This document shows, piece after piece, positions 13,298 through 25,870 of a DNA stretch of 64,000 nucleotides. The DNA lies in the NCBI RefSeq assembly GCF_006345805.1, contig NW_021833028.1, positions 124,001 through 188,000 of the forward strand, written 5' to 3'. The notes beneath the pieces were generated by a model, which worked only from the letters and a program-made list of their open reading frames with translations, did no database searches and was not told the origin of the DNA. Positions within the stretch are counted from its first letter, which is position 1. Each line of letters starts with the position of its first letter. A program made the translations under genes and the position numbers. This DNA comes from Octopus sinensis. Its lineage: Eukaryota.

Positions 13298-14667
13298 TTA
13301 ATAAGGCTTTTTTGCACAATTGTACATAGCTGAAATAGTCTGCATAAATCGAGTATCCTTTGGCTTGTCCAGTCCATGAGAAATAGACTTTCTGATCAAA
13401 AACAGAAACTCATGTTTGCTGAGCTTTCCATCCTCTAAAATAAATCCTCTCCATCACCGTCATTATCCAAAACTGCGAAAAAAATTTCCACCAAAACAGC
13501 AGAGAGTTCTCGACCAGTCACAATCTTGCTCAGTCTCTTAAGGGCCTCACGATCAAAGGGGACATCCGCGAGGTTATAAAAATCAAGAATCACAACAATG
13601 TCATCAATCTTGCTCAAAAACATGATGAAATGCGAATAATCCTCCCTTGACACAACCAGAGGAGGAGAATGCCCTTTCAGTCTGCGACCAATACGGGCTT
13701 TTCTTGCGGGAGAAATGTGAGCGTAGTGAGAAAACACACTCGCAAATCGAATAGCCGAGATAGAACTACCACCCTCAGCCAATCGACGGAACTGGCATAT
13801 TTCAGACCACATACCTCATGACGGGCCATTTCCTCGTGAAGTCTTGTAAGGAAAACTACAAACTGATCTAATTCAACTGTCCCGTCGAGAGACTCCCCAA
13901 ATAAGTATCTCTCAATACAAGTGACCCCTTTCCTCACACTGGAGTGAGTTCCGTGACTTGTGTCTCTGTGTCGACTCCCAATAGAGGATCTCTCAATTAC
14001 CAGTTCTCTCAGCTTTTTAAACTCAGAATGGGATATATTTCCATTCCCGTCCAAGTCCAGCATATTGAAACACACCTCCACGTGCCAAAGGGGAACTAAA
14101 ATGACTTTTCTGACTCTAACTTGATATAAGAGCTGTCATTAGAAGGTAATCTCCAAAGGAAATCAATCCGCGAGAGAATATCTCACCAAACACTGTTTCC
14201 GCGTTCTCACCGTGCTTCATTTGGGCCTCTGCCTTCTTAACTGTGCAAGTCCGGAAACAATCGAGGCCCAAATCTGCCAATTAATGATTTTTGTGACTTT
14301 TAGGTTGCCTCACGCCTGGGGTGATGGCTCGGTAGAGGTCTTCTATGCTCATATAAACGACGTCGTCAACACGGAGGGTCGAGAAGTAACGGAATATTTT
14401 ATCAGGAGTGGAATATGCTCTTATTCTGTTCTCATACTCCATTATCTTCCGATCTCTGAAAGTTGGACCTGATTCTGAGGGTTTTCTATTATTTTTAGTG
14501 CTATAAAAATACTTTTCGTCGGGTTGGATGCCGACTGTGCTTGCTATTAGGCCACTCATAAGGACAATTGATTTTGAGGGGAACTGGGAGGGTGGTCGAA
14601 TCCATTCTGGTAAAACAGAAAAGAGCCGCTTAGTCGTAATTAAACGTTGTATGAAATTATATATCAT
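13298..14667 (-). CDS. MICU1: Mitochondrial calcium uptake protein 1 (EF-hand), 4 micro-introns
   Basis: [26 protein letters not shown] signature; EF-hands [13 protein letters not shown] and [13 protein letters not shown]. Confidence 0.93.
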
Positions 14668-14799
14668 AACGTAAACATATGAACTATTTATTTATTTTTA
14701 TTATTGTTAAAATATATCATTTCAAAATATTGAAATTTAATTTAGTTTTGTGCATAAATTATGCTGTTGACATGATTTTCTACAAAGTCAAAGTTTGTG

Positions 14800-15300
14800 G
14801 GTTACTCAATTTGGCTAATGTCCCAAGAAATATCGATTCCTGTTACTAAACAGCATCAAAAATTTATATGTTCATTTAGTAATAGTAATTTTTATTCTTA
14901 AGCATTTATTGCATAAAATAATTGATTTTTATTTGAGCAAGCGATATCTTTGTGTAAACCCGAAAGAGATCAGATTATTGACTATCTTTAAGTTTATTTA
15001 CCTATTGCTGTATCTTATGTTTAAACGTTTTTGGATTATTTTGTCCGATTTATTACCGTTGAAGAACAAAAACAACTGTTTGATTATATTTGGTTTTATC
15101 ATCCGGATACGGGCTATCCAGGCCGAGATAAATTATTTAATCGTATGAAGAGCTTGGAATCTGGAATTAGCATGGAATTCAGAATTCACTTCGTTAAGGA
15201 TGTTTTTGTTGTATATAATTCTTTGAAAAAAGACCATTTTCCAAATATACATAAACATGCAGCTTTATATGACGAAAATCGAACTAATTAAATTAATAGT
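14800..15300 (+). mobile_element. Degenerate Gypsy/Ginger-like integrase remnant
   Basis: YHPDTGYPGRDKLFNRMKS resembles the integrase HHCC zinc-binding region. Confidence 0.35.
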
Positions 15301-15949
15301 ACATTTGGAAAAATTGATTCGGACCTTCGGAAACTAATTTTGTTTTTCCATGAAACATATTCGCCCAAAGTTATCCTTAAAAGGGTACAATTACAGCAGT
15401 GCATAGAATGAAGACATCTGCAAATTGAGAAAAGAAAAAAAATTATACACGAAATTACTAAGATTTGTAGATGCCTTGGATCGTCAAAAACTTAGAATCA
15501 GAATTTATAATATTCAAGAGATTATTATTACAAAATCTAAGAAGAGGAGGATAAATTTTGGAGGGAGTGAATGTGTAAAATTGGATAAAAAGAATCCTAA
15601 CTTTTGGAATGCCTGCAATCGTTTAAGGCAAAGTTCATTCACATTTATTTTAAATGAGATTCTAAGATGGACGATAACTCAGGATTTCACACCAAATATT
15701 GACACTATTATGAAGAAAAAAAATCTTAAGTTTCTGGTACATATTGAAATTAAGATTAAGAAATGTGCTATTAAATGTCACAGTCCGATAAAGTTAAATG
15801 CTTTTAAATAATAAAAAGCTCCGAAATATTATAAAAATCAAAGATCCCTTGAAATAATTGTCAAATAAATTTGATTGAATCACTATGAAGAAAACAATTG
15901 ATGGATAAATTCCTGCAAAAACAACGCACTTGGTTTTGACCGGATTCTA

Positions 15950-16250
15950 ATTGCTGTATACACGAATGCATCAGATAGACTACTTTTTTTAGTTATTGAG
16001 ATTCCTAATGCAAGTTGGTCTTTGGGTTATCTACCATCTGACTGGAGACGGTCAGAAATTTGGAGGATAAAAAATCGATAAAAATTAATTCAATTCCTCA
16101 CAAAAACTGCTCCTCGCCCGTTTGGTCCAGAGTCCAGCATCAGGAAAAGCTGAGAAAGATCTTGAGGATTATTGGAATCACCTAATTAATTACTCTAATT
16201 AACTGTTGGTAATTTTTGGGTTAAAATAAAAAAATAAATAATAAAATAGT
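15950..16250 (+). mobile_element. LINE 3' remnant (same tail family as 20565 and 55980)
   Basis: QHQEKLRKILRIIGIT* matches EHRERLRELLREAGIT*; A-rich tail follows. Confidence 0.6.
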
Positions 16251-17013
16251 GGGGGAAATCGTGCTTAGAAGATTATCCGCCCGTGTTGAAAGGACCAAAT
16301 TTCCTTGTGATCAATATTGGGGTTTTCCGACCTGGACGGTCACGTGGTAACTGTTTTTCCAAGTCCACAAAGAAATTTAAAAAAGTAAATCAGACGACGT
16401 TTCCTAAAGTGGCAAACTGGTACTTTAAATAACATCGTATATGTGAAGCATGCGAGTTAATGAATATCAAAATGCTGATTGAGACACGTCATCCATAAAT
16501 CCTTAAATTGATCTTTCAAAATATAGTCAGTCTCGATGTGTACTAGGTTGGATTCAACATTAGTTTTGACTGTTATAATACCATGTGGTAGCTCTGGTTA
16601 CTCTAACAGTTGACGCAATATTGCAAATTCCGTATTAGGTAGACACGGGGAGAAAAAAAGGCGACAGTCAGTTAAATTTTTTAGATACAGTCATCAACAG
16701 AGTCAGATTTCTGCTGTCCAAACTGAGATTTATCGAATGGTATATTTGTTTAAATATAAATGCACTAAATAAAAAATGGGTTCCCATTTGTTGTTTTACT
16801 AATAACATAATGTCGTGCAATCTTTCTTAATGGAGACTACCAGTTTATCAATACAAAAAGGGACCCACATAAATTAAGAATTCAACATCCAAGACTGTCG
16901 ATTGCGGAATGTATGTATTTCCCAAATCTATTCCGCTGGCTGTAAGAATACATAATTTGAATTTTAAAAATTATAATTGAAATATTCACCAATAGAAAAT
17001 AAAAAAACAGAAA

Positions 17014-18197
17014 TCAAGCACGTTTCTTTTTACGACGCTGAGTAAAATTACTAGCGTGTGGAAATTGGAGGGGGAAAGTAAGATAAATCTTATTCTTCCC
17101 TTTTCCTGTCTTCCTAACCACGCAACCCAATGCCAAAGAATGGGTGGTGACCCTATTCACGGGCACTCCCATATCTTTCGCCAACGACTCGGCACGGACT
17201 TTAAACCCCCTCACAGTCAAAGCCAACAAAATTATGTGACACATCAACTTTCCCTTCAAACGAAAAGGAATTGAATATTTCCTTATAATATCACCACCAA
17301 AATAACCCCAAATTATCACAGACCACATATTCCTCCAAAACTGTCTGATTGATCAACGTCGGGTATCCAGAAACAAAAAAATCTGACTCGTCTCACCAAG
17401 ATGGGCTAACCTGGTTCGTTTAGTTGCTTCGGATTTGCGGAATACAGGCTTATTAGACAGACCAAATAACGGATAGCACATTTCCAGTCATCATTGGAAA
17501 GAGGGATCCCCGATTTCATAGACTTGACCCGAGAGACCTTGGGCCACCAGTCTTCTGGGCCTTCTGAGTTCAAAGTTCTAAGTTTGTCAAAGGAAATGAC
17601 TTTAAAGTAACTAAATTTACAAAACTGGTTTCGATAGGGTAAAGTTCATGAACAGATGTCGAATTTCTGTTCCAGGCAATCATTTCGCTGGAACTTTTGT
17701 CCGAATTTGGTAGAACGTTGTTAAGCAACTCCATTTCGTCTGAAATTGAATTGCTTTGAAGTTGGCGGGCAATTTTTTGGTTAAATTTTTTATTTTTTTT
17801 GGTTCCGAACTCTGTAAGAATATTTTTGTTATTGTTTTCAATCCTTTCTGGAATTTTTGCCAATACTCGGAGATCAAAAATCGCGGACTTGTTAAGAACA
17901 AGTGAATTTCCCACGAGCTGTGCAACATAATACTTTTTTAGTTGATTTGAGTGAACTGAGGTGGAAGTTGCCTCAAAGGAAACAGGATTTGAAGACACGG
18001 TCTGTTCATTTATCGTATTATAAATACCAATTTGATAGGTTTGCCTGAATTGGTGTCGTCCTTATATTGGGCATTCCAAAGAGCATTTTTTTCTAGGCAG
18101 CCTGTAATTCCATTTAGTGACACTTAGGGGGTAAAATATAACTTTAACCTAAAGGAATAAAAGTATTATCTTCATATTTTATGGTTATATCATCCAT
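17014..18197 (-). CDS. POLR1E: RNA polymerase I subunit RPA49/PAF53, with micro-introns
   Basis: C-terminal KLMCHIILLALTVRGFKVRAESLAKDM...ALGC...LTFPLQFP...RRKK fits the A49 tandem winged helix; 26-nt introns give an open frame from ATG 18197. Confidence 0.8.
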
Positions 18198-18349
18198 GGA
18201 TCCGAACACCACAAAAATGGATTTATAAATTTATATTCAAAATTAGAAGCTTGTCTTGTTTTTCTTTAAATAAAATAATTCGAATTACTTATTTTGATTT
18301 TTTTAAATTTATATTGCATATATTAATACAGTCAAACCTTAAATTTTCC

Positions 18350-18800
18350 AAATTCAGCTTTTTATGTCAATCGATAAGAGCAATTCCATTGTAAATTTTG
18401 TCTATCATCTCCTCAAATTTAAACTTAAAAGAGTTGTTTTAAATAAGCAAATGATCCATAGGTTGTAAAATAGCGGTTGTTTTGCAGGAAAGTATAGCAG
18501 TTCAATTGATAGTAAATTTGAATACATTTTATGTAAAAGGCGTTGATCCACACCACAAGAATTTTTGTTTTTTTCATTTGAAGATCATGATTTTTTTCAA
18601 GAATTAATTCGTTGAAAATTTTGCTAGTCATTCACGACCTTTTAGAATGTCAATAATCAATATATTTTCTACATTAAAATTCTTAAAGAATCTAGGTTTC
18701 TTACATTTTCCAATCATCGATGAACTTTTTTATCTGTCCCAGTCATGTTTTATGAGCTGGGCAACCAGGCCCCTATTCACTCTGCGTCCGTTACGTGTTA
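18350..18800 (-). mobile_element. pogo/Tigger DDE transposase remnant
   Basis: MIGKCKKPRFFKNFN...MTSKIFNELI...KKTKILVVW matches the pogo DDE_1 pattern. Confidence 0.6.
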
Positions 18801-19621
18801 TTGTGTCAAATACTTAGCAAATTAATAGTATGAACTTTAAAAATTAATAAATAGACATTTAATTGTTATTTTTAATGAGACATCAACAGCGATTTTTCTT
18901 AATATTTAAAAATTCGACCTAAACCCTGAATTTCGAACTTCTACATGTGAATTGGACAACATTGTGACTATTTCGCAAATATCGGAAAACTTGGATTCGA
19001 ATTTATTCAACATTAAACCTGGATTCGTCCCGTAATACATCCTATCATTGGCAACAGATTTGTTTATAGAATTCCTCGATAAACCTGAATGGGGTCTCAT
19101 TTAAAAATGACTGCATCGTTGTATTATAGCAATAGACCAAATATTCTAAAATAAAGACCCATTCATTTTTATTAGGCTATTTCAACTTTGTTAATGATCT
19201 CGCAATCGTTTCATTACAGAGCTAAACTATTCCCTATAAAATAATTTATCATTCCAGAAAATAACCTGTGATCTAGGGTTATTAGGTCTGCCGTGCATCT
19301 GTTAAATTTTAAACTTCTCGCGAAGAACCCGACTGTCGGTATTTTTGAATTCTGTCCCATTGTCCGGTTGTGGAATCTGACATCACCATTAACATAAAAA
19401 AAAAGACTTGAGATTTTTTGAAACCTCGACTCCTGACTTATTCATTAGTGCTCTGGCAAAAGCAAAACTAAGATAATTATAATCATAAAACCGACTATAG
19501 AGGTCAATAACGGATAGAATTTATTTATATCCTCAAACCTTTTCAAATCAATAAATTCGATTTGAAAACGCAAATTTGAAGCAGAAGCCAAAACATTATT
19601 AGTTTCATCCACGGTCTAAAC

Positions 19622-19645
19622 CAGTGATTCTCAACCTTTTTTTGG
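19622..19645 (-). mobile_element. Buster-type hAT 3' TIR, preceded by gtctaaac
   Basis: cagtgattctcaacctttttttgg; same end type as 52459 (caggcattctcaaccttttttt). Confidence 0.65.
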
Positions 19646-20321
19646 TGTTATGGGCGTGTTTTTCGTCTCAAGGAGTGGGTGAACTATTTTTCACAGATGG
19701 AATATTGAATCCCAAGATGTACGTCGAAATTTTGGAAAATTGTTTAGTTCCGTCCATCAATAAATTAAAGCTAAGAAGCAATTGGACGTTTCAACACGAC
19801 AACGATCCCAAACATAAAGCTAAAATAACTACTGAATGGCTTAATAATAATGGAATAAATGTTCTGAAATGGCCTAGTCAATCTCCTGACTTAAACCCAA
19901 TTGAAAATTTATGGAAAACATTGAAAATAAAGGTAGGAAAACGAAGACCTAGAAATATGGTGGAGTTAAAAGCATTCTGCCGTGAGGAATGGAATAAAAT
20001 TTCCAAAGAAGAATGCTTTAAATTAATAGATACATACAAAAGAAGATTAGAAGCAGTAATTGTTGCAAAAGGGAATGCAACAAAATATTAATAAGGCATC
20101 GTGCCAACACTTATTGACCCTTAAATAACGTTAAAAATTAAAAAAATGTTTTTTCTTTGTCAATTATCGCTAATTTTAAAGATTTAAAATTATTTTCTAA
20201 ATCAGAATCTTTTGAATTTTTCAAAAAAAATAATTAAAAGTCAAAATACTTCATATTTTATGGGCAAAAACGTAAAATACTAAAATTTATTAAGTGGTGC
20301 CATGACTTTTTGGGCCCACTG
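19646..20321 (+). mobile_element. Tc1 transposon, 3' half
   Basis: FQHDNDPKH and WPSQSPDLNPIENLW DD34E motifs; terminus gggcccactg followed by TA. Confidence 0.92.
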
Positions 20322-20403
20322 TATATCAAGAATTAGAAAAATTGACTAACGATTTTGTTTAAAATTTTTCATCTAAATTTTTTTAAGAATTGGAAGCCCG
20401 CAT

Positions 20404-20443
20404 AGGGTTAGGGTTAGTTGTTTAAGATTTGAGTTAGGGTTAG
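20404..20443 (+). repeat. Short interstitial telomere-like seeds (TTAGGG)
   Basis: agggttagggttag and gttagggttagg within 40 bp. Confidence 0.5.
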
Positions 20444-20564
20444 GAGCAGACGAAGCTTTTATATGGAATCTATAATTTTTTTCTATTTTCTAATGTAAAT
20501 TTTAATTATTATCTCAATTTTAACCGATTTATTTACAATTTTAAATCATTATTTTTTAATGGTT

Positions 20565-22235
20565 TTTTAAAGAAAATTGGACACGATTTCCCGAGGGATG
20601 AGCAAAAAGTGCTCACTCTCGAAAATGTGGAAGATGCTGCGTAGCATTAAAAACGCCGACAGTACAAACGAGGATGACAACAATCACCAACTAGACCTAA
20701 ACACTTTTATGAAACATTGCGTGAAGATAAGTCACAAGCCTTATAAAAAATCGGAATCCTCTTCAATTATTAAGGGTAAACCGAAAAGGGAGCCTCCATC
20801 ATTGTACTTCCTACCTCGAGATGTCGCTTTAGAAATTTTCCGACTAAAGAATACACGCTCCTGCGGACCAGACGGAATCCCAGCGATCATGCTCAAAAAA
20901 TTGGGCGATGCAGCTATCTCTGCACTTACGAGTATTTACAACTACTCGTGCAACTTCAATTTCATTCCAACATTATGGAAACTGTCGTGCATTCACCCAA
21001 TCCTGAAGCCTGGAAAACCGAAGGAGCAACCTGGATCATACAGGCCACTGTTCCTTTTATGCGTCCAGGCACGAATTCTAGAGAGAATGGTGATGACTTT
21101 GATTCGCCCCCTCCTCCCAGAAGTCAGTTTCCAACGTGGATTCAAAGAGGGGCGATCAACTGTCACACACCTAAATGCTTTAATTAAGTTTATATCCGAC
21201 AGTCTAAACAATAAACCTAAACAGGAAAAATCCATTGTCTGCTCGATCGACATAAAGAAGGCTTTCGATTCGGTGCCAAGGAAAATACTCACACAAAAGA
21301 TCTATTCCTCAAATATTGATACGAATCTAAAACTATGGCTTGGGAATTTCCTGAGCGGCCGTCGGGGAAGGGCTTGCTGTGGAAACAGATCTTCCATATC
21401 GAGACTATTACCAAATGGGGTCCCTCAGGGTTCTCCACTATCTCCACTTTTATTCAATCTCATGATGAACGACATACCACAGCCAGAAGGGGACAACGAT
21501 CTGTTATTACTATATGCAGACGATATTATCGTCGCATCAAGGGATGTGAGCATAATAAAAGCAACGGATAGAATACAGGATAACCTCAACAATCTGATTT
21601 CATGGCTATATAAAAACGAACTGGAAGCAAGTCCGGAAAAATCTATTTTGACTCTGTTTACGAAAAACAGAAGGCTTGGAAAGTCTCAATTGAAGCAAAG
21701 TTAGACGGGGAAATTATACCGCAGAGCAAAACCCAGAAGATTCTTGGAGTTACATTCGACACCTTTCTAACCTTTTCAACCCACGTCGAAAATGTAGTTA
21801 TGGCGGGTGCAAGAAAGGTTAACTTCCTGAATGCCTTCCTGAAGAACGCAGAAGAATGCAAAGGCCTATATGGCCTAAACAACATATATAATCAATACTT
21901 GGAACCTACGATCGGCTATGCGTGCGGAATCTGGGGAACAAACTTAAGTGCAAACAATCAATCAAAAATCGACAAAATTCGGTTGAAAGCGGCAAACCTG
22001 CTAAATACTTTTTCCGATAAAGAGATTATCCCAAAAGCCTGGAACAACATCATAAAGTCATCTGCAATCCATCTACGAGAGGTTCGTCCTGAAAATCCCC
22101 ATCCGTACCGAAAATGCGTCGGGACAACGGCGGAACATCGGGAGAGGCTGCGCGAACTGCTGAGGGAGGCTGGGATCACCTGAATTCTTCTTTCTTTTGG
22201 CTATGACGGTGGTTTTCTGGTTCAATAAATAAATA
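20565..22235 (+). mobile_element. 5'-truncated LINE (I/Jockey group) RT with (TAAA)n tail and probable TSD aatggtt
   Basis: RT motifs GPDGIP, KPGK...SYRP, DIKKAFD, GVPQGSPLSP, YADD; one frameshift near 21700; aatggtt at 20558 and 22236. Confidence 0.92.
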
Positions 22236-22779
22236 AATGGTTAACCAAAAATCAGATAGACTTCTCGATAATCAATAAAAATTGTTGATGTCAGTGGGAT
22301 GTTGGTTTTTTCGAGATCCCGCTTTTTTCAACATGTACCAAAATTATTAAAAATGAGTATAAAGTGAGACTTAGAAAAAATTAACATGTATTTTGTATGG
22401 TAATATTGCTCAAAAATAAAATTTTGAAAGTATCCATTTATTCGCGTGTCCATTTATCCGACTGTGACATCATATATCACTTCAGCTTGTCTCTGCGAAT
22501 CGTGTAAAATGTTCTGCTCATATCAATGCCCAATATTATGGTTACCATTTCAAATTTTTGGCATATGGTAGGAATAGATCTACCTCCTTATATTACATCG
22601 GCAATTGATCTTCCAAACCTGAATCCACTTTGGATGATTAATTTCTTTTTATTTATAATAAAGTAGCTTTATTCAAATAAAATTGTATCAAATCGAAAGT
22701 AATTGGACGATCCATGAAAAGTGAAAAAGTAGTCAAATATTGTTTAGTTTAAATTGCAATTTAAAAATATTAAATTCTT

Positions 22780-23010
22780 ATGGCCATCAGTTTGATTTGA
22801 AATGGATAGAATATCTTAAAAACATTTAGTTGTTCATTATACTAACTTTCGTAGGCAAAAAATATTCACCACACGAAGAGAGTTGGAGACGGGAAATATT
22901 TCGAAGCAATCTTGAACTAATTGATCAACACAACTTGAAGTACGAAAGAAGAGAGACTTCGTATGCTCTAGGCATCAATCAGTTCGCAGACATGGTATCT
23001 CATCACTTCT
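22780..23010 (+). pseudogene. Cathepsin L-type propeptide (I29 inhibitor) fragment
   Basis: KKYSPHEESWRREIFRSNLELIDQHN...YALGINQFADM (ERFNIN/GNFD-like); donors and acceptors of 26-27 nt introns; stop follows, no catalytic domain found. Confidence 0.7.
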
Positions 23011-23169
23011 TCTTTATAAAGTAAAAGTAAAACAGTAAAATTAAAAGAAAGCTGTAAATAAGAATTTAGCTTTGATTTAGAAATAACTTTATTGTTCAGA
23101 TAGACCAGTCTGTTGACGAAATCGAGTAATGCAGGGTTTCGAGTGCAAGTCTAACATTTGTGGACCATT

Positions 23170-23300
23170 TCTGCGTGTTGATATATGTTTTTGGTTTTAA
23201 ACTTTGGTGCGAAGGAGATTAATGAGAATCCCTTGGACGTCTAAAATAACAGACATGAATATACTAAACGTGACTATTCACTGATGACGGCGCCACTTCG
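23170..23300 (+). mobile_element. RTE-type LINE C-terminal remnant
   Basis: LWCEG/RRLMRIPWTSKIT. Confidence 0.5.
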
Positions 23301-23799
23301 TCAAACGTTTTAACACTGTAGATGTAAAAAATCTTCAACCGGAAGGACAGAGCACAAATACAAACTTGTATGTCACTCTGCCCGACACCTAATCACTGTG
23401 CAACCAACTTGTTTTTTGGTGGAAAAAAGTTCCACGTTAGAATATTTATACTGCATCATCCAAAAACATAATAATTTTTAGTTTCTGATGCCTCATTTCA
23501 CATCTTACAATCATTTGAAAACAGTTTGTAACGTTGGAGAAGTAAATACAGGTAACTCATGCAGATTAATATTTTCAACATTTGCTTGTTCACCACTGAT
23601 ATAGTACGTCGCCATCATTTTTTTTTTGATTTTCTGTCGAGTTGTTCGCAATTCAAGGTTAAAGACGATTAATATGTCGCGACCCACGCTGGCGATCATC
23701 AGTTGACATGTGATGTATTTTTGACATTAATTGCGACCATCAGTTTGACAGGTGATGTATTTTAATTGATGTATTTTTGTATTAATTAAAAAAAACTAA

Positions 23800-24200
23800 T
23801 GACATGTTAACACTTAATCCATCGTTAAACTCTTTATATCTTCTAACATCAATAAGATCCGCCTGAAATCTTTCATTGGGTTTTCCTGCAGTTACATGGT
23901 AATTAGAATCCGACACCTAGGTATATTTTTTTTAAAATACTTTCAATGGTATGGCCAATTTACAAATTTCACAGTCTTTTATAATTTGTTTGATGATTGG
24001 ACGTTTTACAGTGAAATAGAATTCACTACACTTTTTCTGAAGCTTCGTATTCCCCGTGGGATTCTTGGTGAATGGCGAATGCTAGTGTCCTCATCTCCAT
24101 TTCATTGTCCAGACAAATGACCAATTTGTGTTTTTTGTTATTTTCTCGTCCTTTAGATAAAGACTATGAGTTATGAGTCGCAAATATACCGATCATTAAT
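23800..24200 (-). mobile_element. Ginger-like integrase remnant
   Basis: IIKQIIKDCEICK...AGKPNERFQADLIDVRRYKEFNDG. Confidence 0.65.
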
Positions 24201-24241
24201 AATAATAAATTTTTTTTTTTGAAGAAAAGATAATATAAATG

Positions 24242-24410
24242 AAAATAACTAGACAATGCAGTTATTTTGAACTGCCGGCGCATAAGATGGCCTGGCAGTT
24301 CCCTCGGACGATCGCCAACGAGACTCTTTGGAAAAGATGACGAGTCTCGTTGGGATCCTTGTTTCGTCTGGCAATCTTCGACCCCAGCCCCAGCCGATGA
24401 CTTTAAAATA
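24242..24410. other. GC-rich multi-hairpin island, candidate structured RNA
   Basis: Three adjacent perfect inverted repeats of 9, 8 and 12 bp (see findings). Confidence 0.35.
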
Positions 24411-24687
24411 TTCACGACAAAACATTCAGAATGAATTCAATCTATTATGACAAATAAATTGTTAATCCAGTCCTGGAATGCGGATAAACTGAATAACCGT
24501 TAGTGTTCATCCAGATGCCGTCTTGTCCGAAAATTATTGGAATTGTGACTAAGTTACATTATATTTGGTGACTTATCGAACTCGGTTCATTGAATCAGAA
24601 CAGAGGAATTTTAGAAATTCCAGGTCAAATCTGGAAATTTCCGGTTTTGAGTGTTTAAGAACATTTCGATTATTCTAATTGAACGAA

Positions 24688-25870
24688 ATGTTTAAGCCAG
24701 GCTGTTGTATTTTCGGGATTTAAATTTTAGTGAAGACGCTAATTGGAGTATTACTGGCCGTCGCAATTTACGTGCATGTGATCTGTGATGGACCTCGCCA
24801 GGCTAAAGTAAGATATTTGATGTCAGTCTTAATTTAGAAAATCTCTGATTTGAGAGTGAAGGACTGGCTTTCGTGCGATATTTCGTACGTCTGTAAAATA
24901 ATAATCACAAAATTTGAAGATATAGTCAACATAAGGTTTAAATTTCAAGGTTGTATTTCAAGTGGAAATTACAAGTACATTGAACCGGAAATGATATGTT
25001 TCATGGGTCTAATCTATGGATTACTGGGAGCTTACTTTTTATTTTCTGAAAAGTACCTGAATCAATGTATCGGGATCTTTTTTCTTCAGTTGAGACATTT
25101 AATGGATATATACGACGGAATGATCTATCGGCGACGAAAGAATGTTGAGTCTACTCCGATCTTTAAAAACATTGGGTTTTTTATCGACGCCACCTCAGAC
25201 ACTCTTGCCATCTCTTTGTCAGTAATCGCTATTCTCCTTGGCATCCTCAGAAGGCGCAGACAAAACTCGCCTTTGAAGACGTTTGTAACCTCAAAAAAGA
25301 AAATATCGTTTTTTGAAAGTCCTCTTAAATATATGAACGTAATTTGACTCCTCTTTTACCAATCGGCTCTGAGGACCTGAGGGCAATAGATATTGTCCGT
25401 ACTTTTGCACTGAGCTTCACCTTCGTGATAATTATGGGAATTTTTTGGACCACAACCCATGACATGTACTACTCAATATTTGACAGAGTAGTCGAATCTC
25501 CAGACGCAGTAATATTTATATTAACATCGCATAGACAGCCCTTGTTCTGAGACATTTCCACTTGAAAACGACTGCTTTTAAGTTTTTTGTTTATTCGCAA
25601 GTAAACCACCTCAACTACATCCAATATTTTTTTTCATGGTGATTGCCAGAAGGCAATGGGTGGGGCTAGTTGTGTGACTTTTAGGACTTTCTTCGAATTA
25701 CCTATATTTGGTGGTTCATACTCTGCATAGTGTTCACACTCGTCATCAAATTTGACAGTCATTACGTAGGCTATTTTGAAACTATTTTAGTTAAATTCGC
25801 AAGTAAATCTAGTCCTAGAGAAGATGGTCAAAGTTTAATTGTTTACTTTTTCTTTAGTTGTACAAAATAA
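24688..25870 (+). CDS. CDP-alcohol phosphatidyltransferase, ceramide phosphoethanolamine synthase (Cpes)-like
   Basis: PEMICFMG...GIFFLQLRHLMDIYDGMIYR...IGFFIDATSD (DxxDGxxAR...GxxxDxxxD) and downstream TM pattern resemble insect Cpes; exon ends approximate. Confidence 0.75.

Noticed and set aside
15425-15811. 128-aa ORF as a host gene or Merlin transposase
   Set aside because: Only vague similarity and no diagnostic motif.
19420-19465. tRNA-like or SINE head on the minus strand (agagcactaatgaataagtcaggagtcgaggtttcaaa)
   Set aside because: No acceptor stem or cloverleaf can be formed.
24269-24400. HDV-like or hammerhead ribozyme reading of the hairpin island
   Set aside because: P1 pairs only 4 of 7 and L3 is atypical; GACGAAAC occurs without CUGAUGA.
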